A stretch of 63,966 nt of DNA, filler included, from Malassezia furfur (taxonomy: Eukaryota), in assembly GCA_052055015.1 (NCBI GenBank). It is 3 parts of 3 records of this genome, joined end to end, with 100 filler letters (N's around TTAATTAATTAA, not from the genome) between each part and the next. Parts side by side here need not be neighbours in the genome. Positions count along the whole stretch, not along the records: positions 48,251 to 63,966 come from JBQJIT010000261.1; 2 more parts are not named here. The stretch is one strand, 5' to 3'. Below are positions 51,319 to 61,227 of the stretch, piece by piece. Below the pieces are notes generated by a model. That model had not been told where the DNA came from, ran no database searches, and worked only from the letters and a program-made list of their open reading frames with translations. The first letter of the stretch is position 1. Every line of letters begins with the position of its first letter. Position numbers and translations under genes: made by a program.

Positions 51319-51866
51319 ATGCCGCACAGTTATGGTTACAGGGCCCGCACTAGGCACATGTTTGCCAAACAGTTCAAGAAGCATGGCCAGGTTCAGGTCA
51401 GCCGCTACTTGAGGCCGTTCCACTCGGGCGACATTGTCGACATTGTCGCCGACCCGGGTGAGCAGAAGGGCATGCCGCACAAGTACTACCAGGGCCGCAC
51501 TGGTGTCGTGTACGGTGTCTTCCCCCGTGCTGGTATGTGACGAACTGGGAAACAACATACTAACCATCAGTGGGTGTGATTGTCTACAAGACCGTGGGCA
51601 ACCGTAAGATCGAGAAGCGTGTCAACCTCCGCGTCGAGCACGTCCGTCACTCCAAGTGCCGTGACGACTTCCTGAACCGTGTGAAGACGAACGCTGCGGC
51701 CAAGCGCGCTGCTAAGGAGCGTGGCGGTATGTATTTGCACCACTGACCATCAGAGCACGTCGACCTTAAGCGCCAGCCCGCGCAGCCGCGCAACGGCCAC
51801 ACCATCTCGACCAACGAGAACCTGCCCGTGACGCTGGCTCCCCAGCCCTACGACACGTACATCTAA
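51319..51866 (+). CDS. RPL21: 60S ribosomal protein L21 (eL21); 2 introns (38, 27 nt)
   Basis: MPHSYGYRARTRHMF, KGMPHKYYQGRTG, KRVNLRVEHVRHSKCR, TLAPQPYDTYI*. Confidence 0.97.
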
Positions 51867-52051
51867 TTGTTGGATGTACCCTGTTCGCCGGCTCTGCCAG
51901 CTGGCATGGAAATACTCTGGCCGGCTGCTCTATGGATGTTTAGTAGATTAGAGCGCCCACAGAGGTGGTGTCGAGCCACATGTACTATTCAGCTTGGCTG
52001 AATTTTGGAAAATGCAACTGGATGCACACCCACCTAGAGTACGCGACGCGA

Positions 52052-55000
52052 CTACAAAAAGAGCTCGAGGGCACGCGGCGTGCCGATAGCGAGCACCTTG
52101 GCTCCGTAGACAAACGGATTGCTCTGCGGTCAGCACGTGGCAGCGCGGCGGTACGTACGTCGAAGGCGACAAAGTCGGCGCCCGGGGCCGCAGGAAGGCG
52201 AAGCAATGCCTCGACACTGGGTCAGCACACACACACACGTACTTGGTCGTCAGCAGCTCCAGCACCTGTGCTGGGTCGGTGACGTGCGCCTCCTGCGCGG
52301 CCCATGCAGTTTCCCATAGCAGCTTGGTCGCCTCCCAAGCCTCCTCGATCCGCACGCCCACACGCACACCATGCTTCAGCAAGACACCAATCTCGGTATC
52401 GTGCGTGAACGGCGGGCCGCGCAGGCGGTCCAGGCCATCCCACTGGTACGCCCACACCTTCGGAGGCAGAAGCACGCCGATGTGATGCGCAGCGAGGTGT
52501 TCGGCAAGCAGGTGCAGCGGCGCCGTCGAGTCCAGGACGAGGTGCACGCGCGGGAAGTCCTTGCGGAGCAGCACGAGCTGGGCGATGGTCGACTGCGCGT
52601 TGGCCTTGGCCACGAGCGGCAGCTTGCCCGCGGCCACGCGCTTCCATTCCTCCGTCGGCGGGTGCAGCAGCGCATGGCGCAGGACGCCGATCTGCGACGC
52701 CCACGACGGTCCCGTGTGGGTGAGGTGGATGTGCATGGCCACCTCGGAAGCACGCACGCTGTACGCGTCCAGAATGTTGCGCACGTTGGTGTCGAAGTGC
52801 GCCGAGATGCCGCCCACGAGGCCATCCACATCGGGCGCATTCACCGCCGTAGTCACGCCTGCAGCATGCGCACGGAGCAGGTCGTGCCCGCCCCAGAGCA
52901 GCTCGTCCACCGCGCGCGGCGTCACACGCGACGCAAGCTCGCCATGCTCGTTCACATCCGATGCATCGTATCCGGCGTTCGCCGTGGACTCTGCCGGGAG
53001 GTCGGCAAGGCCCAGCGTCGCACCGTACGCAATCAAGCCCGGGATCACAGTGCCGTTGTGCAGGTCCACGCGGCGGGCATGCTTGGGCGCAAGCGCCAGG
53101 CAGTCCGACCGGCCGACACAGACGAGCGAGCCGTTCGCATACACCAGCACGCCCTTGCCGTCCTTGAACGTCTCGGCGACGATGCGCGTGCCCTGTTCGT
53201 CGGTGCGGCGGTGGAAGAACTGGTACAGGTTGTACAGCACGGCATGATCCACCGTCTCATCGGGCGTGGGGAAGGCGAACGCGCGGTCGTCGACGATCGC
53301 CGGCTCCATCGCCTCGACGCGCGCCAGCTCAACGGAGTAGTCGGGCTGCCGCGGCGTCGATTGCTGCTCGTTGTGCGCAACCTCCTTGCCAGAGGAAGTC
53401 GGGTTGCGCAGCTGCGCCTCGCCATCGATAAACACCTGCTTCGGCGTCGCGCCCAGCTGCAAGGGATGGCGGTCCCACAGCACGAGATCGGCGTCCCAGC
53501 CCTCCTTGACATGGCCGATCCGGTGCGCAAGGCCCAGGACGTGCGCTGGTGCCGACGTGACCGCCTTCAGTGCATCCACCTCGGCCAGGCCATAGTGATG
53601 TGCCTCGGCCGCCTGGTGCACCAAGCGCCGCGTATCCAACACAGGGTGGTCGCTTTTGAAGATGGGGGTGATGTTGGCCGCACGAAGGAGTGTCGCGGCG
53701 AAAGGAGTGCCGAAGTACGACTCGTACTTGTAGTTGGCGTTTTGGCTAAACATGGCCACGGCCGGCGGATGCTCGTAGGCCTTGTGCAGCAGCTCGGGCA
53801 CCAGGTAGGTCTCGTGCGCATGGTGGAACGCCGCGATAGGGAATCCAAACTCGGTCGAGTGGCGCACCATGGCATCGAGGTCGTTCATCGTGTAGCAGTG
53901 CGTGTGCACTTTGGTACGCCCACGCAGCACATCCACCAGCGAGTCGAGCTCGAGCTCCGACGGGAAGCTCGGCTCCTCCGGGGTCTCGCCGTTGGAGAGC
54001 GCGTCGCAGAAATCGTCCTGGCGGCGGAGCAGCTTTTGGGCACGCTCAAACTCGCGGCGGAAGTTCCACGCCTCGTCCATGCGCACAAGCCCATACTTGC
54101 GCGCATTTTCGCCGCACGCCATCTTGATCTGGCGGAACGACGTCAAGTGGTCCTTGCGGTGCATCCCCGACGACGCCTCGTACAGTGCGTCGCGGCCTTG
54201 CTCACGCTCGCCGGGCATCACCATACTGCGCGGAGGGTCCAACACGCGCGAGCTGGGAGGCCGGCCGTGCAGCTTGCCGAGCTTGATAGGGTAGGCCTGT
54301 CCGCCGATGTTGTCGAGCGATCCGGGCAGCACGAGCGCCGAGGTAATCCCTCCGCCGACGGCCGCGTGCAGGTCCTGGTCGTGCTCGTTGAAACTGTCGA
54401 TGCTGCGCACCATAGGCCGCGTCGGGCCCCGGAACGAGTTGCCGTCCATGGTCGTGGGCTGCGTCGGCATGCCCATCACACCAAGATGCGTGTGCAAGTC
54501 GACAATCCCTGGCGTCACCCAGCGGCCGTGCGCCTCGACGATGTGCGCGCCGAGCGTCCGTGCGCTGGCGCGCGAGTCGGTCTTCTCCACAAAGGTGATC
54601 AGGCCATTGTCCAGGAGGATGTCCATCTCGTGCGAAATGGCCTCGCCATCCCACAGAGTGGCATTGCGAATGAGTGTGGGCTTTGTGCCAGAGTAGAAAC
54701 GATCGTTCTTGGTGCGCGTGTGGAATTTGGGCGGCGGGCCAGCGCGTCCGCGGATCAGCCTGCACTGCTCCCGGTCCGATTCGCGGATCTGCTTGCCCGA
54801 ACGCATGTCGGACGTGTTGGTGACCACGCGCTTCACGGCAAGTTCGACGTTGCTAATCTTGCCACTAACGAAAACAGTGAGGAAGATGAACCAAACCCAC
54901 ATAGGGAGACCGAACACGCGCATGGACGACGTAGGCGTGTCCCCTTTCTGCTCCGTGCGCTTCGGCTGTTGGGCAACTTCCTCCGAAGCAAGCGCATGCT

Positions 55001-55076
55001 TCTCTGCGTCCATAGGGGGAGCCGGCCCGTGCTCCGGGTCAATGTCAATCAAGCGCTCGGTGGGGACGCCCGACAT
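52052..55076 (-). CDS. Membrane-anchored metal-dependent amidohydrolase (tandem TIM-barrel domains); two 3' introns (26, 35 nt)
   Basis: N-terminal TM helix; TPGIVDLHTHLG, KMACGENA, HTHCY, FHHAHETY, KSDHPV, RIG...DADLVLWDRHPL. The spliced end is ...SNPFVYGAKVLAIGTPRALELFL*. Confidence 0.85.
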
Positions 55077-55172
55077 GGTAGCACCACCTTATCTGTCGTA
55101 TCGGGTCAGGGTCTCAATTTCATCGGGCAAGGCGCATGTCCGTGCGGCCGGTGATTCGTGTGGAGCACCGCG

Positions 55173-56131
55173 ATGCTGCCGCCGGGGTGGGTCGAATTCT
55201 TCGCGGGAACGGCCGGCGGGATCGCCAGCGTGGTCGTAGGCCATCCGTTTGATACGGTCAAGACACGCCTGCAGGCACAGGCACCTGTCGGCCCTGCACA
55301 GCCGCTCCTCCCCGGGGTGCCCCTTTTGGCGATCCACTATACCGGCACACTCAATGCGTTTGGCCGCATTGTGCGTGAAGAGCGCGTCGTGGGACTGTAC
55401 AAAGGCGTGCTGTCCCCCATGGTACGTGAGCGACTAATGTAGCTTGGGGTGGCGGCCATGAACGCGTCCATCTTCTTCCTGTACGATGCTTCGCTCGCGG
55501 TGCTCCAAGGAGCACATGCGCGCGTTGCGGAGCCGACCTTGACCCAGACCTTCCTGGCCGGCGTTGCGAGCGGCATTGGATCGGCACTGATCACCTCGCC
55601 AATGGAGCTCTTTAAAATCCAACAGCAAATCAACACGTCGGCAACGCAGCGCACGACGTACATGCAAGCGATCGCAGGGGTCTGGCGCGCCGGCGGCCTG
55701 CGTGCCTTCTTCCACGGATTTGGCGCAACTTGTGTCCGTGACGTTGGTTATGGTCCCTACTTTTTCACCTATGCATTGCTGAACCGGTGGATGCTCCTCG
55801 GGCATTCAGAGACCAGGCCGGAGCTTAGCAATGTGGAAATGGCCGTGTCCGGGGCCCTTGCGGGCGTTGTCGGCTGGCTGGCAACGTACTGGGCGGATGT
55901 GGTCAAGACGAGGATCCAGGCAGAGCCCATCTCGTCCTTCCGGAACCACACGCCCGGGTTCTGGCCGGTGCTGAGAGCCACGTACCGCCAAGGGGGCCTG
56001 GGTGCGCTATTTGCCGGGGCGAGCACGACGGTACTCCGCGCCATCCCTGCGAATGCAGCACTGGTATGTGGAATGCATGACTGATTCAGTTTGTTGTATA
56101 TGAAGCTGTGAAGCGAGAATTGAGCACATAG
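55173..56131 (+). CDS. Mitochondrial carrier (SLC25), carnitine/amino-acid carrier-like; 2 introns
   Basis: GHPFDTVKTRLQ, SPMELFKIQQQ, ADVVKTRIQ, LRAIPANA; 21-nt intron 55422-55442 removes an in-frame TAG; a 26-nt last intron gives FVVYE. Confidence 0.9.
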
Positions 56132-56138
56132 CCTCATC

Positions 56139-56819
56139 CTACTGGATATCCAACTGGGCCGTCTTGCTCTCCACCTCGTCGACCGGTGCGGCCGCCTCGG
56201 CAGGCGGCTCGGCGACGCTGCCCTTGTCGTGCTGTGCAAGGCGCCCCAAGAGCATCTGCACGACGTCTTCGCGGTCCACCATCTGGGCCTCGCTCATAGG
56301 ACCGCGCCCAGCCTCGTTACGAATGTCCCAAATCGCACGCTCGCGCTGCTGTTCTTCGTGGCGCTCGCGCTCTGCCTTGACCTCTGCCTCGCTCTCGCCC
56401 TCGGTCTGGGTCTTTTCGTGGCGCGCCTTCTCGCGCTGGTCCTCGATCGCGCGAAGCTCCTTGGCCTGCTCCGGCTCGGCGGTCTCCAAGGCTTCAATGC
56501 GGTCCACGAGGGCAGCGGCGACATCGACGTGGCCGTTGAATGCCGCCCAGTGCAGTGGCGTGTTTCCTGCCGCATTTTGGCTCAGCAGGGGCTTGAGCTT
56601 GGCCTCCGAAAGGAGCGCCTGCACCACGTCAGCGTGCCCGTTGGCGGCCGCAAAGTGCAGCGGAGTATTCCCCTGGTCGTTGGTCGTCTCGAGGATCGCG
56701 CCAACGGCCTCGGCCTTGTCGCCTCCAATCTCCTTGATCGTCTCGTTGAGCGCTTCGAGGTCGCCCGCGCGCGCGGCGTACAGGACGTCGTCCCGCTGCT
56801 CCTCGGTCAGCTTGGTCAT
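56139..56819 (-). CDS. YAR1: Ankyrin-repeat protein, Yar1-like
   Basis: LTEEQRDDVLYAARAGDL, NTPLHFAAANGH, NAAGNTPLHWAAFNGH, IRNEAGR. Confidence 0.72.
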   Translation of the reverse strand: MTKLTEEQRDDVLYAARAGDLEALNETIKEIGGDKAEAVGAILETTNDQGNTPLHFAAANGHADVVQALLSEAKLKPLLSQNAAGNTPLHWAAFNGHVDVAAALVDRIEALETAEPEQAKELRAIEDQREKARHEKTQTEGESEAEVKAERERHEEQQRERAIWDIRNEAGRGPMSEAQMVDREDVVQMLLGRLAQHDKGSVAEPPAEAAAPVDEVESKTAQLDIQ

Positions 56820-56913
56820 GGTCTGCACCCAAGAAAAATGGCTTACGTAAAAAGGTGGAGACGCCCGCGCGACCTGTGCATTGCTCCATCAGGGAACGGC
56901 ACGGCGTGGAGGA

Positions 56914-58707
56914 ATGGCTACGCCGGGTGAAGCGCCCCCCCTGGACGAACCTACGTCACCGCTCTCCTCGGAAGCCGAGACGGAACCGCTTCAGTTTGAC
57001 GATACTGGCTCGGACGGTCCGAGCGACGAAGCGATGGAGCAGGCCGCTCCGCTCGAAGAGACCCCCGGGGCAGCGGTGCCGGGTGCGGCGCCCGCCCCGC
57101 CCCCCGCGAACGATGGGTTCAGCGAGGGCAGCGAGCTCACCGAAGAAGGGGAGAGCGACGCTGACCGCACGGTGCAGCCGTCGCAGCCGCAGGAGCCTCC
57201 GATGACCGACGAAGAGAACTCGACGTTGTCGGACGATGCCTCAGACAAGGAGTCTGCAGAGCACGACGAGGCGCCCAACGCGCTCGAAGGCCTTGCGTCC
57301 GTGGCATCGACCACGGCCAATCTGGAGCAAGAAGCACCGAATGCCATCGTGGCGGCCACGACGTCGTCCCCGCTTAGCTCCGACGAGGAGGACGAGTCGG
57401 GAGATGCCACCGTCGAGACACCGGCGACGCCGCGCAAGGGCCGCTCGACGCTCCGACGTGCCGTGATCGCTGCTGCAGGCAAGCGGCGGGCGGCAGCGAC
57501 GGGCGGTGCACCGAGCCTGCTGGTTGAGCCCGACCCAGATAGCAGTGCGCCGCCGTCGGCCGCAACGAGCCGGCAAAACTCGCCCGAGTCGGAGATGGGA
57601 GAGCACGCGCACGACTCGGACGCCGAGGTTGATACGCATGGCGATGGCGCAGTCAAAGACGAGCCGGACGAGTCTGAGGCGCCCGGCGACCGGGGCGAGG
57701 AGGACGAGGCGCCCGGCGAAGGTGCCGGCGATGAAGCGGCCGACCAAGGCGCTGCCGGCGAGCACGACACGGAGGAGAAGGACACGGGCACGCCCGTGGC
57801 CGAGGGCGCAGAACATGACGACGTGGAGGCGATGCAGCGCCGGCAAGAGGCCGTGGACCTGCTGACGCGCATCGAGATCGGCTATGCGATGCTGCGTGAC
57901 CGGCTGTACCACGAGCGGCTCGAGGAGCTGGAGGCCGAGAGCGAGATGATCCACGACGGGACGCACCCCGAGCTGCAGCTGCTGTACATGATCATCGATG
58001 CACGGCGCGACCGGCGGCTGGCGCTGCTGCAAAACTGGCTGAGTGCGGAAGAGCAGGAGCGGGCGCGGTGGGCCAAGGCCGAGGATGCGATAGCGTGGGT
58101 CAACTGGCGCGACGATGCGGCGTCGGTGCGACGTGATCTGATCTCGGATACGGTGCGCAAGCGCCGCCGGCTTGACCGGGAGAAGCGACTGCTGGACACG
58201 CTGCAGCCGATCCGGCGGCACCAACCGTTCGAGGCGGAGTTGGTGCGCAAGCCGCCGGCGTACTCGGCGCGGTCGCAGCGCGACGTGGACCGCTACGACT
58301 ATGCGCTGCAGCGCTACCCCAACGAGGACATCCACTCGTACATGGCGTACCCTGACCTGCGTGGCCTGGACGAGTACGACGTGTGGATGGACATGGACCA
58401 GATGGGCATCCGCCCGATGGCGCCCATGTACCCCCCCTATGTGCGGCAGGACGAGGTGGCGATGCAGGAGATGTACCCCCCGTATGCGCCGCCACCCCAG
58501 CCGGCCGAGTACGGCCCGTCGTACCCGGTGGCGCCTGGATACATGGAACGGGGCTACGATGCGCCCGTGCCGCTCGAGGAGCGCGGCGTGCCGCCCGAGT
58601 ACAGCGTCCCGCCGTACGCCAAGGGGTACGGCGAGGCGTATGCGGAGCCGGCGCGGTATCCTGGCGGGATGCCGTACCTGCCGCCGCGCGCGCCGATGCC
58701 GAGCTAG
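56914..58707 (+). CDS. Sds3-like family (Dep1/Sds3) Rpd3L histone-deacetylase-complex subunit
   Basis: Acidic disordered N-terminus followed by RRQEAVDLLTRIEIGYAMLRDRLYHERLEELEAE...GTHPEL coiled coil; Pro/Tyr-rich tail. Confidence 0.78.
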   Translation: MATPGEAPPLDEPTSPLSSEAETEPLQFDDTGSDGPSDEAMEQAAPLEETPGAAVPGAAPAPPPANDGFSEGSELTEEGESDADRTVQPSQPQEPPMTDEENSTLSDDASDKESAEHDEAPNALEGLASVASTTANLEQEAPNAIVAATTSSPLSSDEEDESGDATVETPATPRKGRSTLRRAVIAAAGKRRAAATGGAPSLLVEPDPDSSAPPSAATSRQNSPESEMGEHAHDSDAEVDTHGDGAVKDEPDESEAPGDRGEEDEAPGEGAGDEAADQGAAGEHDTEEKDTGTPVAEGAEHDDVEAMQRRQEAVDLLTRIEIGYAMLRDRLYHERLEELEAESEMIHDGTHPELQLLYMIIDARRDRRLALLQNWLSAEEQERARWAKAEDAIAWVNWRDDAASVRRDLISDTVRKRRRLDREKRLLDTLQPIRRHQPFEAELVRKPPAYSARSQRDVDRYDYALQRYPNEDIHSYMAYPDLRGLDEYDVWMDMDQMGIRPMAPMYPPYVRQDEVAMQEMYPPYAPPPQPAEYGPSYPVAPGYMERGYDAPVPLEERGVPPEYSVPPYAKGYGEAYAEPARYPGGMPYLPPRAPMPS

Positions 58708-58750
58708 AGGAGGTAGCGGTGTACATGTTTTTGCAAAGAGGTATCATCGA

Positions 58751-60213
58751 CTATGGCAGCGGCTCGCGACTCGACGAGAGCCGGTTCAGGTGGAGGTATA
58801 CGTCGGTGCCATAGCCCTCCATGGAGATCAGCTTCAAGTCGCCGCCAAAGTAGCGCGCGTACAGCCGTGCGAGCGGCAGACCGTAGCCGAAGCCGGCCAT
58901 GGGCGCCTGGAAGTCGGACGACTGGAAGTCCGGATCGAGGTCCTCTTCCCGCGCCGTGGTGTACATGTAGGTCCATGCGAGCGGCACTTCGCTGCGCGGG
59001 ATGCCGCCGCCCTCGTCGCTGATTTTGATCGTGATGTCTTCCTTGCCTTCGACGACGATCACCTTGATGGCCGGGAAGAGGTCCTCGTTGTCCGTACCAT
59101 ACCGCTCGACGACGGCGCGCAGCGAGTTCTTGAGCAGCTCAAAGAGCATGTGGTTCAAGTGGCTCGGCACATACATAAACGTCAGGTTCTTGGGGCACAC
59201 GAGCTGCACGGGCGGCGCGCGGAAGAGGCCGTAGTGCTCCTCGCAGACGAAGCGCGCGTTCTCGATCGCCTCGTGCGCCACGGCACCGACGCTGGTATTC
59301 GTGCAGATGATGCCCACATACTGCTCCGGCTCCGCGCCGCTCGCGTCGCTCAGGGTGCCCTGGGACCCACCGCTGGTGAGGTAGTGGAGTGCGCCCTTGC
59401 GGTCCATGATAGAGCGCCCGAGCGCGATGTGCTGCCCGATGAGCATGCGGATGCCGATGCGCGACATGTAGAAGCGGTCGAGGAAGGTCTGCACGTCCGC
59501 CTTGTCCGCGGAGCTCTTCTTGGCGCGCTTGTATTCCAGCACGCCCTGGGCGACGGTGGTGACCGTCGCGTCGTGTCGCCGCTTGATGCGCTCAAGGCAG
59601 CGTGTGAAGTTGTTGTTGTACTCGATCACCTCCATCGGCCACTTGATGTCGTCCAGCTTGGCGTGCGTTCCGTAGCTGAGGATCGGTCGCCGCTTGCGCG
59701 GCTCGTCGACGCTGTTGCCCCATTTGCGGTTGGCGGTGAGATGCGTCTTGGACACGCCGTCCTCGAGCGTGGCCGACTCGCCCAGGCTTGGGTTTGGCGT
59801 AGACGGCACTGCCTCTTGCTCTGAATCCTGCACGATGGTCTTGGCGAGCCGGCGCTGGATCGAGTCCGGGAGGCAGGGTGTGGGGAATTGGACGAGCTCC
59901 TCGAAGGACTGTGCGTACCAATTCTTGACCTTGATGATCGAGGGCATCTTGGAGAGGTCGTATGGGAGTTCATGCAGCTCCTTGACGCGGTGTGCAAGGC
60001 GCACGGGCAGCTCCTCTGTGGTGAGTGAGGCGCGGCGTACCCATGAGGAACTGGCTGGCGAGCAGCAGGGTGCCCGGGTTGGTGTTTCGCCCGAACATGA
60101 CCATCTGCCGGAGCGATACGCCGGTCTGGGGGAACTCGGCGAACCGATTGATGTTCGCCCATAGCTTGCGCGATATTTGGTACGCCCTGTGTCAGCGCTT
60201 GTACCACCTACAT
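58751..60213 (-). CDS. Mitochondrial pyruvate/branched-chain alpha-ketoacid dehydrogenase kinase; 2 introns (25, 25 nt), the first splitting the ATG
   Basis: PQTGVSLRQMVMFG, EELPVRLAHRVKEL, FLDRFYMSRIGIRMLIGQH, ELLKNSLRA, ISDEGGGI, MAGFGYGLPLARLYARYFGGDL. Confidence 0.93.
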
Positions 60214-60272
60214 CCTCGTACCGGACGTCCAGTCACCCACCCCGCACGCCCCCGGACTCAAAGCCGGCTCCG

Positions 60273-60292
60273 CCCCACGTGGGGTCACGTGA
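60273..60292. promoter_or_regulatory. Tandem E-boxes CCCCACGTGGGG / GTCACGTGA in the PDK/ATP4 divergent promoter
   Basis: A 12-bp perfect palindrome immediately followed by TCACGTGA. Confidence 0.5.
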
Positions 60293-60365
60293 GCGCCAGC
60301 GGGCCCGGCCGGCTCGGGGCTGCTCGGCGTCGCGAGGGTTGATTTTGCCAACCAAGCCCATCGCT

Positions 60366-61192
60366 ATGGTGTTCCGCGTCGCTACCCGCAGTGCGCAAGG
60401 TGCGTCCTGCCTGCTCACACAGCCGCGACTCGCCGTGCTCTTCTTGCATCGGTGCCCCGCCAGGCCGTCCCGGCGCTGGCTACGCGCGCCTACTCGGACA
60501 GTATGTGATGGATTATCTGATCGCAGAGCCCACGCCCGACGCTAAGGCCGCGTCGCTCCTTGACGCGCTCCCCGGCAACAGCCTGATCTCCAAGACGACC
60601 TGGGTCACGCTCGGTGCTGGTCTCACCGCGTTCACCGTGTCGAACGAGCTGTACGTCGCGAACGACGAGACGGTCATCCTGGCCGCCTTCCTGATCTTCG
60701 CGACGTTCGTCGGCCGTGCCACGGCGAAGCCGTACACGGACTGGGCGAACTCGACGATCGACGTACGTCTCTCACACTCACGCAGAAAATCGCCGGCATC
60801 CTGAACGAGGCCCGTGGCCAGCACACGCAGGCGGTGCAGAACCGCATCGACGAGGTCGGCAAGAAGGGCGACGTCGTCGAGGTCACCAAGGGCCTCTACC
60901 AGGTCGCCCGGGAGACGATCGAGGCCGAAAAGGAGGCGTTTGAGCTCAAGCAGCGCACCGAGCTGGCTGCCGAGGTCAAGAGCGTGCTCGACTCGTGGGT
61001 GCGCTTCGAGGCGCAGCAGCGCGAGGCCGAGCAGGCGCTCGTGACCGAGTCGGTCATCCGCAAGGTCGCCGAGAGCCTCCGTGACGACAAGATGCAGAAG
61101 CAGATCCTCGAGTCGGCCGTGGCGGACATTGAGAGTAAGTTGCGCGTGCAGACGCTGACCCTACAGAGCTGGTCAAGGACAAGAAGATCTAA
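60366..61192 (+). CDS. ATP4: Mitochondrial ATP synthase subunit b; 4 introns (23, 26, 23, 32 nt)
   Basis: Presequence MVFRVATRS; KAASLLDALPGNSLISKT, SNELYVANDETV, EVKSVLDSWVRFE. Confidence 0.95.
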
Positions 61193-61227
61193 GCCCGGTC
61201 GTAGCATACACCATAGCCACTGCATGG

